Source: Candidatus Jordarchaeales archaeon (GTDB lineage Archaea; Asgardarchaeota; Jordiarchaeia; Jordiarchaeales; Freyrarchaeaceae). From it: 32,000 bases of DNA. Positions 8,928 through 17,587 of the stretch are shown piece after piece. The first letter of the stretch is position 1, and every line of letters begins with the position of its first letter. The stretch lies in NCBI GenBank assembly GCA_038889235.1, contig JAWAHN010000002.1, forward strand, positions 435,397 through 467,396, read 5' to 3'. A model generated the notes under the pieces. It did no database searches and had not been told where the DNA came from. It saw only the letters and a program-made list of their open reading frames with translations. The position numbers were made by a program, and so were the translations under genes.

Positions 8928-10463
8928 ATGCAAAGTCTTCAGCGTGAAGAGTTTCCTCAACTCCCATTCCAGACTAGAAGCATATGTCCTGAGTGTAAGA
9001 AGGTTATTGAAGCCACAGTCTACGAAGAGAATGGAAAGGTTATGATTACTAAGACGTGTCCTGAGCATGGACAAGTGACTGATGTGTATTGGGGGGACGC
9101 CGAGCTCTACAAGAAAGTGGCTAGGTGGAATTACAACAGGGTTAAGATAGAAAACCCGCAGGTTAAATCCTCCCAGGGTTGCCCCTACGACTGCGGGCTT
9201 TGCACTAACCACAAGACCTACACGGTTCTAGCCCTTATCGACGTAACAAACAGGTGTAATCTCCGCTGCCCCATATGCTTTGCCAACGCTGCAGTTACCG
9301 GTTACGTGTACGAGCCGAGCCAAGAGCAGATACGTTACATGCTGGAGGTCTTCAGGAAGAACTCGCCTGTACCCACCCCAGCAGTACAGTTTGCTGGAGG
9401 AGAGCCCACGGTTAGGGAAGACTTACCCGACTTGATAAGGATGGCTAGAGAAGTAGGCTTCACGCACGTCGAGATAGCCAGTAACGGCTTGAAACTCGCC
9501 CAGAGTGTCGACTACTGCCGGGAGCTTGTCGAAGCTGGGCTGAGCACGGTCTACCTCCAGTTCGACGGTGTGACTCCCGAGCCATACATAGCTGCGAGGG
9601 GGAAGAACCTGCTCCCGGTTAAGCTGAAGGCTATAGAGAACTGCCGAAAGGCGGGGCTTCACTCCATAGTCCTGGTTCCGACTGTTGTCCGAGGAGTGAA
9701 CGACGGTCAGATAGGAGACATAATAAGGTTCGCCGTCGACAACCATGACGTCGTCAGGGGGATAATATTCCAACCTGTGAGCATCACAGGGCGGATAGAT
9801 GAGTCGAAGAGAATGGAGATGAGGATCACTATACCGGAGGTTTTGAAGGCGTGTGAGGAGCAGACCGGAGGACGCATAAAGGTCTCCGACTTCTACCCCT
9901 GTACGACGCCGACACCCTTGTCTAGGGCGTTGTCCGCCTACTTCGGCAGACCGGTCGTCGAATTCGGAAACCACATTCACTGCGGAATGGCGACGTTCAT
10001 CAGGGTTGAAGGCGACGGAGAATATTACCCGATAACGCACTACGCTGACGTAGAAAAAATAATGGCGACGTTCGAGAAGTGCGCTGAGGACTTCAGAGGA
10101 AACGCTCTGTCGAGGACTAAAGGGAGGATTAGGCTGCTCTTGGGCATGCTTCGCCACTTCAAGAAGAGAGGTCTGCTCTTCAACCTGTTCAGGAAAGTTC
10201 TGGTTTCAGGGGATTACAGTTCCCTCGGCGACTTCATGAGGAGCGTAATCCTCATAGGGTCAATGCACTTCCAGGACCCATACAACTTCGACCTGGCAAG
10301 AGTTGAGAGGTGTGTGATAAACTACGGGACACCTGACGGGCGCATAATCCCCTTCTGCACGTACAACAGCTTACACCGGCCGGCAGTGGAGAAACGGTTC
10401 AGCATACCGGTGAGTGAGTGGCGCAAGAGAAGGGGCGGCGTCGCAGATGAAACAATAGATTAG
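8928..10463 (+). CDS. tes: Tetraether lipid synthase Tes / GDGT-MAS (MJ0619 family radical SAM)
   Basis: Rubredoxin-like CPEC...CPEH, auxiliary CPYDCGLC, radical SAM CNLRCPIC, C-terminal HCG...RC...PFC ligands; ~510 aa. Confidence 0.82.
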   Translation: MQSLQREEFPQLPFQTRSICPECKKVIEATVYEENGKVMITKTCPEHGQVTDVYWGDAELYKKVARWNYNRVKIENPQVKSSQGCPYDCGLCTNHKTYTVLALIDVTNRCNLRCPICFANAAVTGYVYEPSQEQIRYMLEVFRKNSPVPTPAVQFAGGEPTVREDLPDLIRMAREVGFTHVEIASNGLKLAQSVDYCRELVEAGLSTVYLQFDGVTPEPYIAARGKNLLPVKLKAIENCRKAGLHSIVLVPTVVRGVNDGQIGDIIRFAVDNHDVVRGIIFQPVSITGRIDESKRMEMRITIPEVLKACEEQTGGRIKVSDFYPCTTPTPLSRALSAYFGRPVVEFGNHIHCGMATFIRVEGDGEYYPITHYADVEKIMATFEKCAEDFRGNALSRTKGRIRLLLGMLRHFKKRGLLFNLFRKVLVSGDYSSLGDFMRSVILIGSMHFQDPYNFDLARVERCVINYGTPDGRIIPFCTYNSLHRPAVEKRFSIPVSEWRKRRGGVADETID

Positions 10464-10632
10464 CCGCCCAACTTTCTTTTCCAAAATTTTCCCTAAGCAA
10501 CCCTTTCCCCGTGTTCGAAGACAAGTTTTAAACGGTGTTTCCCTCCAAGTTTCCCCAGAACATTTTAAGTTTTGTGGTTGGCTGTTTTAAAGGCGTGACC
10601 TATAGCTCCTTTTTGTAGAGCGGTGGTAGCCG

Positions 10633-11646
10633 GTGGAGCAAGGTAGGAGTAGGATTTTCAGGGTGGAGGACTCCCCGCTAGTCGGGTGCATAGCCTTCGG
10701 ACTAATAGACAGGGGGACCAATCTAATCCAGGTGAGGCCGACATCTATATGCCCCCTCTCGTGCGTCTTCTGCTCGACGGACTCTGGCCCTAAATCGAGG
10801 AGCAGGCTTACAGAGTACGTGGTTTCCTTGGACTGCATAGTTGAAGAGTTTAAGAAGCTGGCTTCAATAAAGGGGGATGGAGTTGAAGCGCATATAGACA
10901 CGGTGGGCGACCCGCTGACATACCCGTGGCTCGTTGAGTTGGTCTCAGAGCTGAGGGGGGTGAGAGGCGTCAGCGTTGTCTCGATGCAGACCCACGGCTC
11001 CCTCCTTAACGAGAAGCTCATCGACGATCTCTCGTCGGCTGGACTATCAAGGGTTAACCTTTCTATAGACGCCATGGACGTGGCGCTGGCCAAGCGCCTC
11101 TCAGACACCGAGTGGTACGACGTTAGTCGAGTAGCCGAGCTCGCCAGGTACATAGTTGACAACACGTCCATCGACCTACTAGTCGCCCCGGTCTGGGTTC
11201 CAGGAATAAACGACCAGGAAATTCCCAAGATAATAGAGTTCTCGATCAGGATAGGAGCGGGGAAAAAGTGGCCTCCTTTAGGAATCCAAAAATATGAGGC
11301 TCACAAGCGTGGAAGGAAGCCTAAAGGTGTACGCCCCCTCTCGTGGCGCGCTTTCTACGCGAAACTGAAAGAGTGGGAGGATGTTTTCAACGTTAAGCTG
11401 AGGCTTTCCCCAGCCGACTTCTCAATAAGAAAAGCCCCCTCTTTACCACTACCATACAAGCTGCTTGAAAAAATTCAGGTGAAAGTGGTTGGTCCAGGGT
11501 GGTTGAAGGGTGAGAAGCTCGCCGTCACGTCCAGGGGGGACAGGCTGGTCACCCTAGTCAGAGCTGAACACATACCGGTAGGAGCGACTGTAAGGGCGAG
11601 GATAATCGCCAACAAACACAACATATACATCGCCGAACCTCTATAA
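10633..11646 (+). CDS. Uncharacterised archaeal radical SAM protein (COG2100-like) with C-terminal TRAM-like domain
   Basis: LIDRGTNLIQVRP, CPLSCVFC, beta-rich C-terminus ending HNIYIA. Confidence 0.8.
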   Translation: MEQGRSRIFRVEDSPLVGCIAFGLIDRGTNLIQVRPTSICPLSCVFCSTDSGPKSRSRLTEYVVSLDCIVEEFKKLASIKGDGVEAHIDTVGDPLTYPWLVELVSELRGVRGVSVVSMQTHGSLLNEKLIDDLSSAGLSRVNLSIDAMDVALAKRLSDTEWYDVSRVAELARYIVDNTSIDLLVAPVWVPGINDQEIPKIIEFSIRIGAGKKWPPLGIQKYEAHKRGRKPKGVRPLSWRAFYAKLKEWEDVFNVKLRLSPADFSIRKAPSLPLPYKLLEKIQVKVVGPGWLKGEKLAVTSRGDRLVTLVRAEHIPVGATVRARIIANKHNIYIAEPL

Positions 11647-11685
11647 GCGATAGTTAAATAACCCGTTCAACCATCCTAACCTGAT

Positions 11686-13473
11686 CTAAAATCCTTTCTC
11701 CTTTAAAAACTCCTTAATTTCACGTTTCAACTCTTCAACGTTTATTTTTCCGCTGCTCGCCAAGGGAATCGCGTCCCTCACCAGGATCAGGTTGGGCCTC
11801 AGTACTGGTGGAAGGTTACGGCTACACCATTCGTCGAGGACCTTCTCCGTCAACTTTCCCCGGTAGCCCTCTTTCGGTTCAACCACTAACGCCAGTAAGC
11901 TTCCACGGCCAGGAACTGTTACCGTCACAGCTTTAGCTGCCCCCACGGCAGGGTGCTGAAGCACCCTCCGCTCAACCTCAATCGGATACACTTCAACCCC
12001 CTCCACGTCGAGCAGCCGTCCCATGAAATAGAGGAACCCGTCCTCGTCGTACTTTCCTAGGTCCCCCGTCCGCAGCCATCCTCCAACGAACTTCTCCTCT
12101 GTTTCGTCAGGCCTGTTAAGGTAGCCCTTGGCTAGAGACGGTGACTTGATCACTATTTCCCCCACCTCCCCTAAGGGGAGCAACTCGCCGGTCTTGGGGT
12201 TAACTATCTTTATAAGTGTCCCTGGAACGGGCACGCCGCAGAAGACACCACCGTGCTTTTCAGCCTTCCTCAAATCGAGGTCGTTCCTGTGAAATCCCCC
12301 AGCTATAGTATCCTTTGTGTGTGTCTCCGTCAGCCCGTAGCTTGACTCGCAAAGCGTCGTCCCAGTGAGGCTGAACCATTCTTTTCTAAGGCGCTGGGTT
12401 AAATGGGATTTTATGCTACTCCCAATACAGCTCCTGAGGGAGCGAAGGTTGTACTTTCCGATTTTAGGGTATCTTAAAAGCTCGTCGTAGAGGCTGAACT
12501 CGAGGAACACGGATGTCACCTTGTATTTCTCTATGGCGTACAAGGCGTACTCCGGATTCCACTTAACCATTAGGACAACGGTGCCGCCGGCAAATATGGG
12601 TGCGTCGACACATGCCAGCTTACCCGCCACCCAGAATGCGGGCATCGCTCCGAGGTGCACTCCCCCCTCAAAGTGTTTCATCAAAATCTCAGCGTCAATC
12701 TGCTGATTCCCGTAGACGTCAACTATGAGCGCACTGGGGGAGTAAGTGCAAGCCACAGCAGCCTTGAACAAGACATTCCAATGGGTGTGGACGCACGCCC
12801 TTGGGACACCGTAGCTTCCCCCGGAAAACAATATTACCGCGTCGTCGTCAAGAGACACGTTAACATCCACATGTCCTTTATTTTCCTCCAACAATTCAAC
12901 CAGGCTTAGCCCACCCACCTCTTCAACCCTAGACCTAACTTCGGGTGGCGCCTTCTCGTCAAGCTCCGTCACAAAATCTGAGAGACTCGTAGTTATAATG
13001 TACTCCACCCCGCCGATCTCCCTGACCACGTTCGACGTCAAGGGATAAACGTTGTTGGTGCAGACTACGACGTCCGGCTTAACCTCCCCCAGCATGTATT
13101 CCGCCCCAGCAGCGCTAACCCAGGGGGCCATTAGTGCGCATGTGCACCCCGCCTTAAGCGTGCCAAAGTATGTCACGAAAAGGGAAGGGCAGTTTGGAAG
13201 CTGAAGAGCCACCACATCTCCCTTGCCGAAACCATGACTGGCGAGGAAGAAAGCAAACCTTTCGCTCAGCTCGTCAAGCAAACCATAAGACATGCTTGAC
13301 CCATAATATATCAACGCGTTTTTCTCTGGACGTCTACGCGCCCTCCTCCTCAGGTACTCGAAAATAGGCACCCGCCCAAATGGATATATCGGCTCCCTCG
13401 GCAAGGGCCGAGGCCACACAAGCTCCCACTTCTTCATCAAAACCTCAAAATATTCTTTCTCATCCAACAACAA
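11686..13473 (-). CDS. AMP-binding acyl-CoA synthetase family protein (divergent motifs)
   Basis: YGLTETH, GWLRTGDLG, SGK. The P-loop reads FSGGSYGVPRA. Start is a TTG at about 13467-13473. Confidence 0.85.
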   Translation of the reverse strand: MLLDEKEYFEVLMKKWELVWPRPLPREPIYPFGRVPIFEYLRRRARRRPEKNALIYYGSSMSYGLLDELSERFAFFLASHGFGKGDVVALQLPNCPSLFVTYFGTLKAGCTCALMAPWVSAAGAEYMLGEVKPDVVVCTNNVYPLTSNVVREIGGVEYIITTSLSDFVTELDEKAPPEVRSRVEEVGGLSLVELLEENKGHVDVNVSLDDDAVILFSGGSYGVPRACVHTHWNVLFKAAVACTYSPSALIVDVYGNQQIDAEILMKHFEGGVHLGAMPAFWVAGKLACVDAPIFAGGTVVLMVKWNPEYALYAIEKYKVTSVFLEFSLYDELLRYPKIGKYNLRSLRSCIGSSIKSHLTQRLRKEWFSLTGTTLCESSYGLTETHTKDTIAGGFHRNDLDLRKAEKHGGVFCGVPVPGTLIKIVNPKTGELLPLGEVGEIVIKSPSLAKGYLNRPDETEEKFVGGWLRTGDLGKYDEDGFLYFMGRLLDVEGVEVYPIEVERRVLQHPAVGAAKAVTVTVPGRGSLLALVVEPKEGYRGKLTEKVLDEWCSRNLPPVLRPNLILVRDAIPLASSGKINVEELKREIKEFLKEKGF

Positions 13474-13635
13474 CCACCAACTGGGGAGAAAACACAAACC
13501 CTATAAAAATAGTTAGAAAAAATGGTGTAAAAACATTACTAATGGGCGCTGCTACCCCATCAGTCGTTCAATTATTACCCGTGTGAACTTTCGCTTACAT
13601 GTTCATACTTTCTCGCGTCCTCCAACTGGGTGCTA

Positions 13636-14682
13636 TCAACTCTTGTATGCAATCGCGAAGTTTGAGAGGAAGAATGTGCACCTCTTAAATCCTGCTCGCT
13701 CGAAGAAGCTCTTAAGCTCTTCTTCACTGTAAGTTTTGTTGCCCCCGAGCAGTTTTACCACGAGGTCGGTGGTTGTGCTCTTCTCCTGCTTCTTCATGGG
13801 TGTCGCCGTCATGAAGACTCCGTCGCTATTTAGAACTCTCGCCGACTCGCTGATCAGCTCTTGAGGGTGGCTGCTCCAGTGCAGCACTTGGAAGCTGAAG
13901 ACCGCATCCACGTAGCCGTCAGGTATGGGGAAGGGCTTTTTCATCGACGGGTCTAATGTGACAAACTCCACGTTTTTCAGATCCTTAAGGAGCTTCGTCT
14001 CTCCGTCCACTTTGACCTCCTTGTGCATGCACTCGTCCACGATGTTTGGGAAGAAGTCGGCGCACACAAGGTGGCAGTCGAAGTCAAGGAAGTCCAGTAT
14101 CAGCTTTGGCTCCACTCCAAAGCCGCAACCCAAGTCGAGAATCTTCTTCCCCTTAAGTTTCCCCTTCCCGCCGCCGAGCTCGAGAAGCAACCTCCGCCCT
14201 AAACTGTAGGCTTCGCTCGCCGTTTGAATGTAGTATGTGACAGCGACCTCTGGGGCCGCGAAGTCGAAGCTCGCCCCCCTCAAAACTTCAACCATAATCT
14301 CGTAGAGCACCCTCTCGAACCCAGATAGGAGGGGCTCCGAATCCCTGAACATCATGTTTTTTCTCGACCTCCTTATACTCTGCAACCTCTCGATTTCATC
14401 CCTGTTCACCCTGTACTGCGAGTCCTGCTTCACCAAAACTTGTTCTTCAGCAAGCGCTTCCAGTAGCTCCCCAAGAAGATCCATTCTCTTGACATCTCCT
14501 ATGAAGGAAGCCACCTCGCTCAGAGTCCTAGGCTTCTCGAGGAATTCGAGAACCCCTATTTTGTCCAACCCTATGCTAAGGGCGAGGGCGTTAACCTTCC
14601 GTCCCATTCTCGCCACACTGAGCGTCTTGAGGTTCTTCAACAAGCTCAAGGAGCACTTAAACTTGCCTGAAACCGAAATCAC
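13636..14682 (-). CDS. Class I SAM-dependent methyltransferase with N-terminal wHTH/dimerisation domain
   Basis: ILDLGCGFG, ADF, VFSFQVLHW, LNSDG motifs. GTG start at 14682 follows GAGGGGG; the track extension to 14823 is probably not translated. Confidence 0.85.
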   Translation of the reverse strand: MISVSGKFKCSLSLLKNLKTLSVARMGRKVNALALSIGLDKIGVLEFLEKPRTLSEVASFIGDVKRMDLLGELLEALAEEQVLVKQDSQYRVNRDEIERLQSIRRSRKNMMFRDSEPLLSGFERVLYEIMVEVLRGASFDFAAPEVAVTYYIQTASEAYSLGRRLLLELGGGKGKLKGKKILDLGCGFGVEPKLILDFLDFDCHLVCADFFPNIVDECMHKEVKVDGETKLLKDLKNVEFVTLDPSMKKPFPIPDGYVDAVFSFQVLHWSSHPQELISESARVLNSDGVFMTATPMKKQEKSTTTDLVVKLLGGNKTYSEEELKSFFERAGFKRCTFFLSNFAIAYKS

Positions 14683-15233
14683 AACCACCCCCTCAAATCC
14701 TTTTACGTCAAACGAAGCATGCGGCCGGCCAGCGCTACAAGTCCACCGTAACTCCCGGCGGGGCGCCTCATGGTCGCCGAGAGCGAACTTAACCGCTCTT
14801 ATTCTACGACCACAGACGGCCAATCGGCACAGCTACGTCCCATCCAGTGCAAACCACCACCCGCAACCACTTCCAACACCAACAGCTGCAACACAAGACC
14901 CTTACACAGCCTCGTTAACTCACGAGAGCCACGCCTGGGCTCAGCACCATAGCAGGCACCCACAAACTGAAGCCAGTGCTCGTCTAAGCCCAAAACCAGG
15001 CCCATGCCTCCAAGCCAACTCCCACAGCAAATTACAACTGCTCAAATTATTAAACATTTCTACGAAAAAACCATAAAAATATTTTAAATCACAACAAATC
15101 ACAGGTGATTTTTTCATATTTTACCGAGAAAAAATGAACATTTTTTAAAAGTTGAAGTCGCAAGAAGCCGGTTGAAGACCAGCCACCTAGTCATCGAACA
15201 CCTTCAAGCAAAAAAGGGAGGAAAAAGAGAGGT

Positions 15234-17276
15234 TCACTTCTTTCTAGACGTCACAACGGCAACAGCTATTACTATGACCAGTAGTGTTGCCGCTGCCGCG
15301 CCCAACTTCAATGACGCGGAAGCCGCCTGAGACTGCAAGATACTGCCCAAAGCGTACATGTTTAATGTTACCGCGAGGTCTTCAGGGCTGACAGTAAACC
15401 ACTGCCAGGCAACTATCCTCCCCTGAGCCCTAGCGTATTCATCAGGTATAACTCCCTTCAACTCATCTTTAAGGTATAAGACCACGGCCTGCCACTCCGG
15501 AACTATACTAGTTCCACTGTAGAGAAGTACCTTACTTATGAACTCTCCCTCGTTTTCCGTGCCTATAGGTGTCCCGTTTTCGTATTTGGGTTCTATGCGG
15601 AAGACCGGGTACTGCTTGTTCACGGTGGGTATCACCGAGGCTATCCACATGTCCACGCAGACGAGGTACAGCTCGTTGTCCTTTATGGGTATGGTTTTCC
15701 CGTCGTCTGTGATTTTCTCAAGTTTAATCACCTTCATTGTTGGTAGTCCTGTTGGGTCGTAGACGTAGCGTAGCCCTGATACCTGGAGCAGGAAGCCCAT
15801 GGCTAGGGCAAGCTCAAGCGCTCTTTTAACCTCGTAGCCGTACAGGTAGAACGTGCACAGGGGTGAACCCAAGTACGGTCCAACGTAAGGTATTCCTCCT
15901 AGCGGAGCGACAGATACTGCGTCGTAAACGGTTATGTTACTGCTATTGCTTTTCAGTGCATGGCGTAGGACGCCGCTCTCGACAAGTGCGAAGTCAACCT
16001 GCTTCCCGGTTATCTTCTCGGCAATCCACCGCATTGCGTCAGCCACTAGGTCGCCTATCGGGTGCTCTTCGTCCTCCGAGCCTATCTCGACAACACCCCT
16101 AGCTATCACCTCGTTGTGAACTGGGCATCCAAAGTTAGCGAGCAGCGAATTCATTGCCGGAATGTACTTCGAGTTAAGCTCACTCAGTATCGTGGTATTT
16201 TCCTCTATGCTGTCATCGATGCGTTTTGCAGTGTAGCTTCTAACACCTACTCCTTTGCCTGCGTTGCCAAGTGCAACGCTTATTTCGAGAACCCCTAGGT
16301 ACTCCAGGTAGGCTTTCGCGTCGACTATCGTCGTGTTCGTTCCGTCAGGCCTGGTAACTACGATTGGTTCCGTCAACAGTTTGTGGTCGTGGCCACCGAC
16401 TATGACGTCTATTCCCGGAACCTTTTTCGCCAACTCCTTGTCCTCCTTCCAGCCGCTGTGCGACAAGAGCACGATCAAGTCAACTCCTTGGCTCTTGAGG
16501 TACTCAACCTGCTCCCTGGCGGCCTCTACGGGGTCAGTTATTTTGATGTACCTCTGGTAGATCGCGCTCTTGTTCGCGTCATACCCTATCACCGCGAATA
16601 ACCCTATCTTGAGGCTCTTACCGTTGGTCGTCACTTCCACTATGTGATTCTTCTTTATGAATCCGGATAGGTTGTTGTAGGTATCGTTTATGAAATTCAG
16701 GTTCGAGCAGATTATGGGCGGCAGTTTGAGACCCCAAGCTGCAAACGTATTGTTAGTGTTATTGAGTATGGTGGCTAGTCCGTGTTCCGTGTAGTCGAAC
16801 TCATGGTTGCCCAGTCCGATGATGAGGCTATCTCCTCCGATTAGGGTTAACAAGTGGAGTTCAGGTGAGACGTTCAGCGGCGAAGTTGCCCCGGTACCTA
16901 TCCAAGTGAAAGATGTCCCCATGAGGAAATCTCCCGCCACCAGGAATAAGACTGCTTCACCATCAGCAGCCTTTTCACCCCTTATCTGATCAACTAGCGT
17001 CGCTAGGCGTGCGATCCCCCCAACGCTAGCGTCGTTATTTGTACCTGGCTGGTAGTCTGCCAGCGGCCACGGCAGCAGCTCGGAGTGTATGTCGCTCAAG
17101 TGGAGAATCGTCAAGTTAACAGTTTCCACTTCTTTTACTGTGACGACGCCGTTCGTTGAGGTTGTTGCCAGCAGCGGGGCGGCAGTTAAGCCTCCATTTT
17201 GCACTGACAACGGGGCAAGTATTACGGCGACGAGGAGCAGCGAGAGGGCTAAAGAGAGCAGTTTACCCCTACTCAT
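15234..17276 (-). CDS. Secreted, membrane-anchored 5'-nucleotidase / UDP-sugar hydrolase (calcineurin-like)
   Basis: Signal peptide; SDIH, AGD, GNHEFD, SHSG, GGHDH; C-terminal TM helix followed by SRKK. Confidence 0.88.
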   Translation of the reverse strand: MSRGKLLSLALSLLLVAVILAPLSVQNGGLTAAPLLATTSTNGVVTVKEVETVNLTILHLSDIHSELLPWPLADYQPGTNNDASVGGIARLATLVDQIRGEKAADGEAVLFLVAGDFLMGTSFTWIGTGATSPLNVSPELHLLTLIGGDSLIIGLGNHEFDYTEHGLATILNNTNNTFAAWGLKLPPIICSNLNFINDTYNNLSGFIKKNHIVEVTTNGKSLKIGLFAVIGYDANKSAIYQRYIKITDPVEAAREQVEYLKSQGVDLIVLLSHSGWKEDKELAKKVPGIDVIVGGHDHKLLTEPIVVTRPDGTNTTIVDAKAYLEYLGVLEISVALGNAGKGVGVRSYTAKRIDDSIEENTTILSELNSKYIPAMNSLLANFGCPVHNEVIARGVVEIGSEDEEHPIGDLVADAMRWIAEKITGKQVDFALVESGVLRHALKSNSSNITVYDAVSVAPLGGIPYVGPYLGSPLCTFYLYGYEVKRALELALAMGFLLQVSGLRYVYDPTGLPTMKVIKLEKITDDGKTIPIKDNELYLVCVDMWIASVIPTVNKQYPVFRIEPKYENGTPIGTENEGEFISKVLLYSGTSIVPEWQAVVLYLKDELKGVIPDEYARAQGRIVAWQWFTVSPEDLAVTLNMYALGSILQSQAASASLKLGAAAATLLVIVIAVAVVTSRKK

Positions 17277-17587
17277 TTTTCCCTCTCCCTTCTTTAAAGG
17301 GTAAAAGTGGTTTTTCTAAGAAATAAGTTTTATTGCAAGGTTGCCCTTGGAACTCTCGGGGGAGGCGAGTCGCCGTTCTAGGGTCCCCACTTGGCGTCTG
17401 GCCGGCATCCAGGGTGGACAGCTCGCTCCCTCTCCAGGCAGGCTTCCGCCCTCCCAATACACAACTCATTGGGGCCCACGGGAAAACTATTTAAACCTTA
17501 AACTGAGGGCAGTGGCGTGAAGGCCGCCGCGTCCCCGGGCGAGCTGACCGTGTTGGCGTTAGCCTCTCAAGGCTCTGAGGTGTGCCG

